From Tubiluchus corallicola (taxonomy: Eukaryota > Animalia > Priapulida), in NCBI GenBank assembly GCA_030141605.1, contig JAQGDQ010000327.1, positions 204,147 to 268,146 of the forward strand: 64,000 nt of DNA, read 5' to 3'. The notes under the pieces were generated by a model. It had not been told where the DNA came from. It ran no database searches and was given only the letters and a program-made list of their open reading frames with translations. Positions 12,946-27,575 of this stretch are shown here, piece by piece. The first letter of the stretch is position 1, and the number at the start of each line of letters is the position of its first letter. The translations under genes were made by a program, and so were the position numbers.

Positions 12946-14766
12946 CACTACATACATAGTCATGCAATACTATGTAATACATACATACACAATACATGCA
13001 ATACTATGCAACAAAGGAGAAGGCCAGCGAAGAACCCATAGGTTATCTAGTCAGATACCCTTAAATAGGTAGGATTAAATAAAATTAATTTTGGCACCGT
13101 TCTCAATTTAAATTTAAATTCTGTTGACGTATGTAATAGGCAATTAAATGATGGGAAACGCAATACTGTAGAACATTATAATTTAAATAACCAAAAATTT
13201 ACAATTCTAAAATGCTGTGAATATGCGAAGCAAACAAAATAAAAATAACTTAAGATTTTTAACATAACAGAAAATGCATAATTTGAGCATTAATTTCAAA
13301 ATCCGGCAAAAAACAAAAAACAGTAGAATGATCAACCAAAGATGTCGAGAAGAAGAATATAATAAATTAAACCAAGGAAAAATAAGGCAAATATAAATCA
13401 TACAAAACAAAAAAAAAACAGAAGCAAATAAGAAAAAGCAAAACTGAAGTGTTGTAATAATAACATCAATGACTGAAGCTGTCGAGAAAGAGAATATAAT
13501 AAATTAAACAATCGAAAAACTAAATCAACTGTAAATAAGACAGAATGAAATCAAAATATGGCAAAAACTTAAAGTGTCCTAACAATGAAAAAATGTATAG
13601 GTATTCCAAGTACATAAGTAAAATATCTCATTCATTTTTACCCTGCAATAAGTTGTTTTCTATAGTTTAGAATTAACTTATTGTAGTTACTTGACTTTAA
13701 TTGATCAGATAATGAATTCCACAGTGAAGATCCTTGGTGTTTTAAAGAATTCTGGCCTTTAGATGAATTAAATCTTTCAATAAAATAAGATTAGGTAGTA
13801 GCAAACCTAGTAGAATGGTGATGCATGTGACATGCTAAAGTATAATAATTGCTGAAGAGATCCGGGAGTGAATTATTTTTGAATTTATATACAAACTTGA
13901 CCAGTTCTAATTTATACAGATCATATACTTTTAGTAGATTTAATTGCAAATACAAAGGTGCTACATGTTCTCTTTTACTAGTAAATGTATGAGTTTGATA
14001 ATCTTGTTTTGTTTAGAAACCAATGATTTTAAGACCGACGCTGAAGCACTACCCCAGACAAGAATGCCATAACCTAGCTATGGCTTGACAAGAGAAGAAT
14101 ATAAGAGTCGTAATGCATTTACATTTATGTAGTGTATTCTAGCTAAAACACACCTTGATTTGCTAATTTTGTTGATTATATGCTGTACATGTGTTTTCCA
14201 AGTAATTCTACTATCTATAAATATACCAAGATATTTGATTTCTTGGATAGATTGAATATTACAACTGCCGATACTTTGCTTAAACTATTGTTATGTTGCT
14301 TGTTTCCAATTAACATATATATATATATTTTTTTTTATAATTTATCGATAGCTTATTTGCTTGCATCCATTTATTAATTTTGTCCAGTTCCACATTCACT
14401 GAGTCTTCTAATGTTTTGATATTTTGGTGTGATAAAAATAGGTTTGTATCATCTGCGAACAATCTGGTGTTAAATTGCAAACAAGATGGCAGATCATTAA
14501 TATATAAAAGAAATAACAATGGACCCAATGTAGAACCCTGTGGGACACCACAGGTTATATAAGCAAGTTTAGACTCTGATGAGTCAAAAGGTAAGACGTG
14601 GAAGAGGACATCTCCTGACACCATAACTTATACAAAAATAACAAAATGTCATGTTGTACCGTGTCGAATGCTTTCGATAAATCTAAAAACATAGCACAAG
14701 TAGTTTTCCCCTTATCAATATTCGCTAAAAAGTTTTTAATTATTCAAAAATCTTTGATATGGGTGA

Positions 14767-15677
14767 TGTAACGTGCCGAGGGTTATTTGGTTTAAAAACA
14801 AAATAACTACTGTCACTATTGTAACGTTTTGAGGGCTATTGCATTCCTAATTTTTATATAATGATCAGGAAAATATACTACATGTATTTTCACGGGTTCG
14901 TCTGCTGTTTTTTTAAGGCTGTCTAGTTGAAAACAAAACAAGATGAAACATAAATTTTAAAGCTATAATTATTACAAAAGAAGAGTACAACAACAAGTCA
15001 ACAATAAGAGCTCAAAATTACTAGTAGTGGCTTGCTGTGAAAACCCCCAAGGAAAAATGAGGATAGGAAAATGAATGCGCATAACTTATCTGAATGTTCA
15101 TGACGATGTTGTGCACAACTTGACGATCCTCCCAACATTACGATCCTCCATGAGCCATAACAATGCAGATGACGCCAGCTAATCAACAGCTTCCAGCAAC
15201 CCTCTTGTAGTCTACAACACCAACGTACCAACCGCTGACTGGAATGGAATAACATCACACTTCTGTGGCTTCACCAGCACTTCAGACCATGTAATAGCAA
15301 CGAAACTGAGAAAGACAGGCTATACAACAGGAACACTGTCCTTTTGGCCAAAACAACACTTAGCTCAGCTCTCCATGGTAAAGAAGTTACATCACAGATC
15401 GTGTACCAGCCTTTTCAGACAAATACGTTAACTACAGGTATGCTGGAACATGCCTACTGGTCAGACCAACAACGAACGTCTGTACCAGTGAACAGTAGCA
15501 ACTCAACTGTTCAGAACAGGTATTGCTTTTCCTGCATAAGAAAACGAAGGACTCCAACAGGTAAGCACAAACCATTTTAAGTGACAGGGGTGAGGAGGTG
15601 ATGAAACGAAAGAGCACATACAGCAGTGCAAGCCAAGCAAGCCATTTACTATCAAAATTAGCAACATGCACCTCACA
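14767..15677. mobile_element. Solo LTR (911 bp) inserted in the RT of the outer LINE
   Basis: TGT...ACA termini and a perfect 5-bp TSD GGTGA (14762-14766, 15678-15682). LINE RT sequence lies on both sides. Confidence 0.85.
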
Positions 15678-18600
15678 GGTGATAAAATAGATATTGGCCT
15701 ATATAATTAGTGGAATTAATGGGAGAATTGTAAATCGGGATTATTTTTGCAATTTTCAACATCACAGGATAGATAACGTTTTCATTTGTTGAACAGCATA
15801 GTTAATAATGGAGTAATAACGGACTGTGAAATTTTAAAAAATTGATTCGAGATGTTTTCGGGTTCTGCTGATTTATTGGTTTTTGATGCAGCAATAGCAG
15901 AAGAAACTTCATACTCGATAATTGGCGCAAAAAAGGAGTTCTGATTAAGCATTCTAAGGAAAAAAATCACATGTTATTGGAGTAGGTGGTACTGATTTAC
16001 CATATCAGAACCAACTGATGCAAAGTAATTATTCATGAATTCACAGATAGCAATGGGTTCCGTAATCTCAGCATGATATGTTACTAGTTTGGTTGGAGTT
16101 ATGCGCTGCTTGTTTTGTCCATTGATCAAATCATTCAATGTTGCCCAAGTCTTTCTAATATTAGTTTTATTATCATGTAGTAAAGTACTATAATAATTTC
16201 TTTTGGCTACATTTATGAGACGATTAAGTTTATTAGAAAATTGTTCATATTGATTAATTTTTAAGATACTATTTGTAGTCTTACAGTCCTTGTTTAATCT
16301 ACCTTTTGTTTTTATTGACACAAGAATACCTTTACTTAGCCACGGCTTAGAGAAAGTTACTTTTTCAGTTCTTGACAATGTCTTAAGTGAGGCATGTTTA
16401 TTAAGAACTTCTTCATATATTTGAAAAAAAGTAGAGAAGGCAGAATTAGTTGGCACGTTGGAAAAGTCAACAGCATCGATCTTATTTTGTAAATCCTCCA
16501 GAAATGAATTCAAGTTAAAATTCCGTTTATTCCTGATTTTAATTTTCTTTTTAACAATCAAGTTACCAATATTTTTAATAATAGCAAACACTGGCAGATG
16601 ATCCGACACTTCATAGAGTGTAATACCAGATGTAATTGGATTAGATAAATTATTTGTATATATATATGGTTAATAAGTGTCTGAGAATGTTTGGTTATTC
16701 GAGTTGGTCGTGTTACTAATGGAAAAAACTGATTAGAGTAAAGTAAATTCAAATAATCTGCAATGAATGTTTTCTCTTCCTATTTGCACAAGAATAAGAT
16801 TAATATCGCCACAGATATAACAAGTCTTTCCTGACTTGTTAATGGCTGACAATATAGAGTCCATCTCGCTGTGAAAATGATGGACATTGGTATTTGGGTG
16901 TCGATAGATCACACCAAATGTGATTGGTTTCTTTTTACCAGGTACTTCAACATCAAGCCACTTATCCTCAACTTGTATATGAGATTTTTGAGTAATACTA
17001 TTACCATTCTTATTTCTGTATTACAATTAATTTTGTACTCATCTTTTACTGTATACCTCAAGCCCGATTTAAGATAAATAGCTACGCCACCTGCGCAAGT
17101 TTTAGAATCAACATGCAAGAAAGTATAGTTAGGTAAACTCGTTATAAAAGATTGATTAACTTCATTCAATCTTGTTTCAGATATTCCAATAATATCGGGA
17201 GGAACAGTAAAATGCATGAGTACTTCAAGCATATTAGAAAATGTCTTCTGAATACTATTGGGATTGAAATGTACTATTAATAAATCATTATTGGACTTTT
17301 TTAAATTAGAATTTGTCTCTAGTGCATGTAAATTATAGTATTTACTATCAAACTTGGCAAGATGTGCATCAGGATCAGCATTATCCCATTTTGGTTTTGC
17401 GAGTGAAGGAAAATCAATTAAAGAAGACAGACAGTATACATTTGTTAGATTTGAAAACAGTTCGCATAATTCAGCATCATCAATACACTGAAACGGCAAA
17501 GATTCATTTATACATTTAAAAAAAGTAATTAGCGGAAGACGGAGCATAGTGATATTAAATTCATTCACACTCAACATGGTACACTTGAGGTGTACCCACA
17601 TGTTACAAACGTCACAAGAGATACATTTTTGATTTTTTACAGGGTTTACAACAGGATACGCAGGGAAATTTTTCCATTAATTAATTATGCTAGAAAATAA
17701 AGTTTGTGATGCATTAACACCTTGTAGTGAGTTTTAAAGTTTACCTAGGTCCTCCTCACATTGAATTTCAATGACTTGGCTTGAATCATCTTTCCGTAAG
17801 AACATTTTCCCGTATTTTGTCCAGCAGTACTTCATTTTGTGGTCCTTAGCATAGTCCCTACATTGTTTGTGTAGTTTTCTCCTTTTATTTATGTAGGATT
17901 CATTTGTGTAGATCCGGTTATCAGTATACGATGCATAGTCAAGATTTTTAGTGCTTCCAGCATTTCTTCTAGTACCATAGAGTTCATCCCGTTTGTAGCG
18001 TCTTGTGAACTTTACAATAATTTGTGGAAGCCTTCAATTTTTAGGTGCTGCCAGTCTATGTGATGTACTGATATCTTGAGGGTGCAATTCTACTCCCATA
18101 TTTCTGGCTACGCTTAGCACTATGTCATTTGTAACTTCATGAGGAATTCCAACTGTCTCCAATGTGTCTCGTCTCATGTGAACACTCATATTGTTCTAGT
18201 TTGTCTAGTTCACTTTCCGTAGCTTGTAGTCTGTTTTGTAATGTTTTAACAGTGGTTTTCAGTACCTTGTTTTCGTCTCTCAAATGTCTTGTTGATATTT
18301 GTTCAGTTGTTCTTGAAAGCCATCAAATTTGTGGCTTCGAAAATCTTGCGATTTGGTTTCCTCAGCAACTTCTCCCATAAGGTCATCAATCCCCACAACT
18401 TTGCTACGTCAGTTGCTTCTGGAATCTTTCTACAAATTTTTGAATGTCTGGAGTAGGCTGCACTTGTCCAGCTAAAGTAGAGGCTCAATCCAAGGTTATT
18501 TCCGACCCGATCTAAACATAAATCTACAGATGTTTTGGTTGCCTGGCGTGTTAATACTCCTACTCGATTTGGCATTAGTCTTTGCAAAGTAAAATCTGTT

Positions 18601-18694
18601 TGAATTATATGCTATTCCACTTAATTTTAACATTTTTTTTGTCTTTTTGCGGTAATTTTAAAAAAACACAACAGCCATGTACGACAGCTCAGCC

Positions 18695-19698
18695 AACTAA
18701 ATGTTTGTTCACTGAGGTTTCATGTTAGCAATGGAGAATACACAACTGTATCTTTGAACGGATTCAATGAAGCACTGCATTGGATAAATGGTGATTGATC
18801 GAAACGAGATTCTTACGTCAGATCCAGAGTGAAGAGTGACTTGATTCCAAAGGAGGCTTGGGGTCATGTGCCTTGAGCAAAATCCAGCAAACTTGGGAAC
18901 GATACCAGTGACTATGAATCAACTTCTTCTTTCCATGTGACTCACAGGCCCTGCTTGGTTATACCTGCCTCATGCTAAATGGATGTGAACTTTGCTTTGG
19001 AAGACCCCAACATTAGTGTTCAGAATATCACACAAGTAACTAACGTTAGCTGTTTTCGTAAATTGTGTAAATTGAGTGACAGCCTGGATGATGCATTTTG
19101 TATCTAACTTGAGGAAACTAGCTAGTGATAGACAGCTCAGTGATGTGATTACTGCTGATGAATTGCGTAATGCTGAGAGATTATGGTGGTTTTCTGTACA
19201 ATAGATTCATCATGCAACTAATATAAGGTATTTAATTAGGATAAACATGTGAAAAGGGATTCAAAGCTGTATTTACTTGTGCGCCTCTTCCTTCTACTTG
19301 TATTACTTCTGAAGGGGCATTTGGGGTGTTTGGCCTTGATTATGCTGGACCATTTCATATTGCTAAAGATGAAGTTGAAACTCGACCAAAAGCCGTATGT
19401 TGCAATTCTGACTTATTCTACTACATGTGCTGTACATTTTGAACTGGTACACAGCTTATCAGCAGAGGATGTAGTTGACATGCTAAAGCGGGTTTTTGGT
19501 CGATGTGGCTATCCAAAGCACATCATAAGTGATAATGCTACTACTTTCAAGAATGAATTAGTTCAAAAATTTGTAAGTGATAAAGGTACAATATGGCAAT
19601 TTAATGTGCCCCGTGTTCCCTGGTGGGGTGGTTTTTTCAAGAGAATGGTCCGGTGTCTTAAAACTACATTGAGAAAAGTGCTGGGGCGTGCAAGTTTG
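18695..19698 (+). mobile_element. BEL/Pao #1, 3' part (RNase H end and integrase core)
   Basis: TDS..ALHWI and HVP..NPA.LGT relics; integrase AVHFELVHSLS..IISDNATTF..PWWGGFFKRMV. Continues briefly after 20170. Confidence 0.88.
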
Positions 19699-20170
19699 GG
19701 CTTCACGATTCACCCGCCATAAGGAAGCCGAGGAGTAACCTAGTTAAAATAAAGTTAGTCGTTGAGTTGATATGAAAGAAGAAAGTTTATTGCATCTCCA
19801 CGAAAAAATAAATTGAGCATCATGGCAATAGGAAGAGTTCTTGTTTTTTGTATTACTGTCATCTCAAAAGTCACCACGACAATTGGCGCAAGGAAACCCG
19901 GGAATACTACGAACACTTAGATTCGTTTATTAGAAAGCACTTCAAGTGCAAAATAAAGACTATTTCAGCACAGAAAAGTAAACCGGCATCTACGTACGGT
20001 TTTACCTGGCTTCCAGCATTTGGGCTACAACTTTTGTTAGCGAAATCTATTTGGACTATGAACGACAATCAATGTAATATTATCCCGCATTCGTACGCAC
20101 CTTTGAAGATGGTCTTAGCTGTCAGGTTTTGAAAAGACTGCGCGTAATTAATGGGTGAATACGTGAAGTA
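19699..20170. mobile_element. MITE-like insertion in the BEL integrase
   Basis: Imperfect TIRs cttcacg-attcaccc (19701) and gggtgaatacgtgaag (ends 20168); flanks GTTTG/GTCTG. Confidence 0.55.
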
Positions 20171-20239
20171 GTCTGAGCCAACAATGAACTATTTTAGTTG
20201 CTGAAACCTGTCGATTAACATCGAAGTTTGACTTTATTG

Positions 20240-23200
20240 AGGTGGTTCATCATGCCAAACAAGGATCAAAAACCAGAAGGAAGTGTCCCAGCTAGCGCTA
20301 TATTAAACAAGCATATACAAAGGCGAGGAAAAGTTTGCAAGAGCAAATCTAGCTAGCTAACGAACTGGTGCGAAAAGATGAGTCAACTATTTAGAAAACT
20401 CAAAAAAATCCAACATTTAAGCAGCAAGTTAACAGGTCCTGCTCTTAGTGCAATAGAAGGTTTTTCACTCAGAAACGAAAACTATCTGCTTAAAAGCATT
20501 TTTAGTGGGCGAATATAAACTGCACTTATTTCAGATGGGTTTCCTGTAAGAAGTTCATTATTTTGTACTGTTCTCAACCACTGTACTTTACAAATTTATC
20601 AGCTTCTTTCTTACTGTATGTAAGATTTGTTCATCAACACATACATCCAAAGGAATCTCATTTCGAGCAATTTCGACACCTTTAGCAATACTTAGGAATG
20701 ATTTGGCTCGGGAAACATGCTTTGCTAAAGAATACCAGCAGCTACACCATGACTAAACAAGCTGTCCACCCCTTTGTACCTCTTGTTTAACTAAATCTTC
20801 TGCAGACTGCTTTAATACTTCTTAAACAAATTTACTAACTGATGTAGAAAACCAAATAGGTATTGGTGGCAGCTGCATATTAACTCTAGTTCCTTTTGAG
20901 GAGGGTTGTACTTATGCCCGTGGCTGTTTTCATTATGTCATACATGAGTTCCTCAGATGTGTGCCTTTGTTTATCTATATCTTTGTATGCTGTCGTCACA
21001 GCATACAGTAAAGTTGGCAGGACAATTACTTTTGCTAAGTTTATAATTGCGTCTATTTTAGGCCTTTATATTTGAAGCACAACTTTTTGATTTTTTGCCA
21101 TTTGTGTCATGCTGTTTGTTTGACCTCGGCTACATGACTGTTAAAATTGAGCTCATCGTCTATGTTTAAGCCTAGTACTTTATTTTTATCCGTGTAGTTA
21201 ACCTTTTATTGCCAAACCTAAAAAAATTGGGAGGGATTGGTTCGTATTTTAAATTAGACGATGGCTTATATATCACAGCTTCTGTCTTATTGAACGCACA
21301 ATTAATATTCATGCGCCATCGCCTACACCATTGAAACACTTTACCTCAGTAATTTTGTGCTGATACATATGCTTCGTACATAGGCTGCCACACAGAAGGT
21401 GCTATCGTCTGCATATTTAAATTTTGTAAAGTTATCAAATTCTTCAGTATCATTTAACATATCTGCTACAAAAAATAAAAATAAAACTGGAGATAACACT
21501 GAACCTTGTGGTAGCCGCACATGGCATTGATATGGCTGAGATTATTAACTTTAAAACATATTTTACGTTCTCGCAAAAATGACACAATCAGCTCTAGCAA
21601 CCTACCCTGGGATGCCTTACTGATATAGTTTCCAGATCAAGCGACCTAACCATACACTATCAAAGACTTTTTTAAAATTGCAATATACAGCCAAGCTGCC
21701 TTTTTTCTGAACCATTTGGCTTTCAATATTCGCAATTAACCTGATAAGGTAGCGAGTTGTACTCCTCCTTTCCTAAAACCTCCCTGCTGTATGTCTAACA
21801 AATTATTTGTGCAAAAAACCTGTCACAGTCTACTTTCAATGAGCTTTTCAGCTAGTTTGCCATAGTATGATGTGATAGTTATAGGCCTGTGGATACTAGG
21901 ATTACTATAATCTACTTTGCCTTGCTTTTTAAAGAAAATAACCTTATCATTCTGGCAGGTCCATATTTTAGTTTCCATAAACAAATTAATGAAGTTCACA
22001 GTTTTGGCCTAGAAACCCATATGGCGGATCATTAAAGGATGACATCCATCTATGTCCACGCTCTTGTTTGAGCTTTTTACAGCTAGGTTGATTTCTCCCA
22101 TTGTGAAGTCACTGTTGAACCATGTCCTGTCTGCATGCTGGTCTACGGGCTGATGGGTAAAACTTTGCACTTGTTGAAATCATCTATCGTCAAAAGTAAC
22201 TGCATCTATGTGTGATCACGTAAAGAATGTGTGATGTAAAATTTCACATTTTCCCTCGTCATTAATGTGATATCTGTTTTGCACTTTCAGCGTCTCAATG
22301 CCAACATCTGATTTCATGCCAAAAAGTTTTCTGTGTGTTTTCCAAAATTCTTTACCCTGTACTATGTTTAAGTTTGTGGTGTTCACATTAATCAACTCAC
22401 TTAGCACTTCCCTTTATTGCTTTTCAAACTTTCCTCCACATTCAGGTATGCTGCTTTACTAGGCAGATCTTTTGCGGGTCTTTTGATAACTGCGTGATTT
22501 CATTAGTCCAGTATAGTTTGCTGTGCTCTGTAATAGTTTTGTCTGCAGGATTGCTTCATTTGTCGCTTTTACCTTTACCAGCAAGAAATTCCAGGCACTA
22601 GAAGGGTCTCTTTCTTGCAAATGTGTTCATAGCGTTTGAAAGTCACTACGTATATTATTTTCTAATATATGCGACCAGTAAATCAATCCTCATTCTTGAA
22701 GTCATAGGTTTGGCGAGCATTTGCTGTGGTTTCCTTGTTGCATCTAATTGTTGTTATCACTGGATAATGGCCCATTAACGATGCCCCGCTAAAAAGTTTG
22801 ATGTCTTTGTCTACCATTTGCGACACAATACGCGTAGTTAACCCTCATGAAGCCTCATTAGATCAATTGTGCTATAACCCGTATGCGATGCTATTTAAAT
22901 GTTGAGTCTCTCGAGTTACTATTTCAAATTCACCATTGCTATTAATTTCCCAGTTTTGTAACTATTTCCCATGCACGTTATCTATTGCATCCCATAACAC
23001 AATGTGCGCATCAAAATCCGTTACCATGTAGTGGAGTCCATGTAATCTGGTAAAATCAATAACTTTTTTGTAGTCACTTAAAATTTTTCAGTTCTGGGGA
23101 ATTTGGCTTTATGTACACTGAGCATACCAAAAACTTGAATGCTTTCGTAATAATGACAACCCATATTGAGTTCTGAAGGGAACACTGCTACTTCCTGATT

Positions 23201-25700
23201 TATGTGGCTTGTTGTTGCAGTTTCATTTAATAGGCATTGTAAGTGACATCGAAAAAGCATTTTTGAACGTTGGTCTAAATTATGAAGATAGGAATGTCAG
23301 GCGATTCCTGTGGCTAAAAAATGTCAACAAACCCCCCTCAGAGCCGGGTAATTTGCATATATTCCGCTTCTGTTGTGCCACTTTTAGGGCTATAGGTAGA
23401 ACATTCTTGCCCTCGGGTACAGTGACTCATCATCTCAAACAAAAAGAACAGAATTTCCTGTTGCTAAACATATTTTGCGTGACATTTATGTCGACAACTT
23501 TATTTCAGGAACTTCCACTTTAGATGAAGCCAAAGTTCTTTACGTTCAGAGTAAACTGTTGTTTTCGTCAGCAGGCTTCAACCTTAGAGAATGGGGGTCG
23601 AATGGCGCAGATTTTTTGCATAGTATTTCAGTCTGTATTTTATATAAGATTGTATAAAAATCAAGCGTTATCAAAGTTTTAGGACTTCTTGAAACTTGCA
23701 AAAGTGGCACGTTGTCTATTGCAAAGGTAGGCCCTGATCTGTTGTTACAGGCTAATACAAAGATACAGGTATTCAAATCTCTAGCAAGCCTTTTTGATCC
23801 ATTAGGCATCGTAAGCATTATAACTGTTAATGTAAAATTGCATTCTGTATTCGATTTGCATCTTCCAAGATGTATCTTAGTGTCTAACGTAGGTGCATGT
23901 GGGTCTAACGTAGTATTTCATATATGTTTCACAGGTGCTTCTGAATCTGCTTACTGCGCAGTAGTTTATTTAAGAGAGACCAACACGGAATCTGATTTTT
24001 ACTGCTGTCAACTTAATTTTTGCTAGAATGCGCCTTGCAGGAAAAAATATTTCGATTCCTAGATTGCTTGCTCTTTTGATTGGGATGAGGGCATTAAATT
24101 TTGTACAAACACTTCGTGTGAACATAACCACGCGTATAATATTTACAGATTCGTTGTGCATACTTTATTGGTTGCAAACTCCTAAACAGCTGTCGATGTT
24201 CGCCGAAAATCGCATTCGTGAGATTCGAAAGCAGGTACACACTCAGTTTCGATACATTCTGTCTCAACTTAACCCTGTGGATGGTGCTACTAGGTCAGGT
24301 ATGTCACTAAAATAGATTCGTTTTAGTTACCCTGCCCGCACTTTCTCAATAAAAATGAAAGTAACTGGGCCTGAGAGTCAACTGCCACCTCTAGAAGGTG
24401 AACAACTGACAGATGTAAATAGCGAATTGAGAAAAGGCAGTAGCACACTTTACGAGACGCAGTTTTTAACACTCAATCAGCCCAGTCAAGTGCATGATCT
24501 GTCTATGTTTGATATATACCGATTTTCTAGTCTAAACACCACTTGCGGGTTCTATCATTTTAAAGGGAAAAGGTGTACTAAGGGCCCTAATGAACACTCT
24601 CGTGCTAAGTTAAACTAGATATAACACGTCGAATGGCAAACATACGTAGATACTGAAGGACGAGCGGGGTAGCAGTTAACCCCAGCATTATAACAGCTGA
24701 ACATTACTTTAGATGAACAAGATATTATCAGATGCTTAGCTAGGTTACAAAATGCTAATCTCGCACAAGGTGTCTCTAGACCCATTCTCCTATCTAAAAA
24801 CAATCAGTTTACACTTTTATTGGCAGAACATGGACACAAACTAAACCTTCATGCTGGCGTATCGCAGATGTTAGCATTATTATGTAACAAGTTTTGGGTG
24901 CCTTCTGGGAGGGAACTGGTCAAGAAAGCTTTAAAACTTAAGAAAATGTAAGGTGGCACCTATAAGTTACCACCAATGCTAGACTTACCCCCAGAAAGAG
25001 TTCAAAAATCTAACCCCTTTACACATGTAGGCCTCGATTACATGGTCCCCCTTTCAGTCAAACATTGCATAATTGGGAGTTGCAAACTATTTTATAAAAA
25101 AAGCTTATGTTTGTCTATTCACCTGTTTAACAGTGAGAGCAGTACATTTAGAACTCATCTTATCTGGACTTATCTGCTGAAACATTTATTATGTGTCTAA
25201 GACTTTAAACTATGTGCCAGTGTACACTAAATCCGAATTGGATTCCGATTATACTCCCAACAGGTGCAATTTTCTGGCCAGCATCTTTTCGAAATCTGGA
25301 AGAAAGGCGCTAGTTATTTAGATTCCTTTTGCAAAATTGGGCGGAATGAATATTTGCTCAGCCTCCAAGAAAGAATAGAGCACCAAGTATGCCAAAATCA
25401 TGTTAAGTCGAAACTTGAGCCTCGTGTAGGTGATGCAGCATTGATTGAAGATTCACTTCCCTGTGGACAGTGGAAAGTAGGGAAATTTGTTAATCTCATT
25501 ATTAGTAAGGACAGTAAAATCAGAGCTGCTAAAGTTCGTACTAGTAATGACAATATTCTGACTCAGTCAATTGTTTTGATTCTGATTCTGCGTTAATTGT
25601 TTCTTATTGAGTGTCCTAGGTCAGTTTGTGCAAGTGCAGATGCAAAAGCACTGATCCAGCACAGCATCAGCCCATTGAACCCTTGCATAAAATTTTACCC
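20240..25700 (+). mobile_element. BEL/Pao LTR retrotransposon #2 (degenerate; interrupted by a LINE)
   Basis: Gag relic LTGPALSAIEGFSLRNENY ~20430-20485; RT SDIEKAFL..FLWL, YVDN from 23200; RNase H SIPRL..FTDS..NPVD; integrase HVGLDY and QWKVGK..IRAAKVRT to ~25600. 25750-26583 may be its LTR. Confidence 0.85.
20500..23200 (-). mobile_element. Heavily decayed LINE (APE and RT relics) inside BEL #2
   Basis: Minus-strand relics PSIHRPITITSY, PQGSVLSPV, YADD (~21400-21520), and APE remnants at 22700-23150. Confidence 0.75.
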
Positions 25701-27575
25701 AAACATGCTGCTTGTGGAAAAATTAAACAACAGGCAACACGTTTGTAATTTTGTCAAAAACGTTTGATGTGATTGTTTAATTTTGTGTGACAAACACGTG
25801 GCATTTAACATGCAAAAATGGCATAGATTTAAAGTTAAGCTTTAACTTTAACTTATGCTTTGTTAGAATTTACTAACCAAAAGCATTCTTATGGATCCAT
25901 TGTAGTTATGCCCACCTATATTATATAGTGATTGCCAACTTGTTTTCCTGAGTGCTTAAACATATTCGATTTGGCCAATCAGATATGTGTTATGTATTGT
26001 ATCTTTGTGCATTGTTATTGATCCTGCATTATTTGAATTAGGTTTGTGTTAAAAGAAAATTAAAATATGTTGAGTGCAATATAAGTTAGAAAATTTTCCT
26101 CTTATTAGCCTACATGTAGTACATTCGAAAGCTATAGTGTGGTAAATTTATAAGGAAAACTCTGGTGCGAACCTGTGGTCTCTGTATGTTGGCAGAAGTG
26201 ACACTATATTTTCATTGTGTTAGTATTTTGTTTGTACATATTTTATTTTTTCTAGTTTGCATATTTTGATTTTGTTTCAAAGTGAGTCATTACTTTACCT
26301 AGCATGTTGATGTGTGAGTTTCACGTTCCCTTTTGCTACTGCTACAATTTTGGTAACACTATCATTACATTGCGTGCGTGTTATTTTCTGAGTTGATAAT
26401 AGAAAGAAGAGTATTTAATTTTGTTGACGTCTTGACATATTTGGATGATTATTTTTTGGACATTTTATACGATGACTTCCACTATCAATGTTTAGTAGTA
26501 ATAATACGAATTTGAGTAGTTTGTGTATTGTAATTCTAATACACACTTTTGGGAGCTCCACTATACGTCAAATCGTCATAACATCTTGGAGTTTGGGAGC
26601 ATTGTTGAACCTTTCGGACTGACGGGCATGCCTTGTAAGTTCAGACAGTCCTATTTATAGGGTATTTAACAGAAACACGTCTCGATACAGGGCTCGATAT
26701 AGGATCGCTGCACAGCAACTGTAAATGCATATTTATAATCTGTTAAAAACAGCTTACTTCCATAATTTCGAAACAGTTCTTTGCGACATCTTGATAGTCA
26801 TACCTAGAGTGCGGCCACTTAACATTTGTTTTTGAAAAATTCGTTTCAATCCAAGAAACTATAGATTTTTCAAAGAAATGTGTGATGCATGATCCGCGAT
26901 CTACAATGTATGATATGCATTGACTGTTGCTATGTGTCTGTGAATGCTGAATATCAACAAGGCTCACAGTGCTCTTTATATCATTGTTGATTCTTGAAAA
27001 TTGGAAGTAATAATTTATGACAGAGAAGCCATTTCTCTGTCACCACTATACCACTATACTGCTAGACAAAAAAATTCAAAAGAAAACACAGGTTTTTTGG
27101 TGTATATCATTTTTGAAGAAATTGCAACTGGATGAAGAACAACATAATTATACCTTTCTTCTACCACAAAAACTTAAATGGAAGAAATATATTGTGTATA
27201 GATCCTGAAGTGACTAAAACTCATCTTGCCAGGCAACCAGTGAAAATGGCCACCAAAAATGTGAAAAGTTCCTATTTCACCTAAAGCTAATGATACATCT
27301 GCGTTCGCGACTCGTGTGCGCATGTAGCAGCTGGTCGCGCCTCAAATAGATATACTTGCTCTCAAGTTTTAATGATACACAAAATGCGTTCGCAGCTTGA
27401 GATGTGCGAGTGCTTGCGAGAAGTAGAAAGCCCTTCTATTTTTCTATTTTTTGAGCAGCTGCTGCTCGCATCCGTGATGTCAGCAATGCAGCAGCCAATC
27501 ATCTGCCGAGATGACGTCACTTTTCTACAGTTGTCTGCAAATAGCAAACACTCGCTTGACACAGAAAAACAGAAA

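Larger units (their letters stand above)
8473..18694 (-). mobile_element. Full-length but degenerate CR1/L2-group (Crack-like) LINE inserted in BEL #1; itself interrupted twice
   Basis: (TTGAA)n tail plus AATAAA at 8473-8490; 3'UTR resumes at ~12950; RT (GVPQGSTLGPLLFLLYINDL..FADD) 14310-14624; APE endonuclease 16560-17300 (ISETRL, SDHLP); N-terminal PHD ~17500-17680; ORF1 17720-18600. Possible TSD AACTA at 8468-8472 and 18695-18699. Confidence 0.8.
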
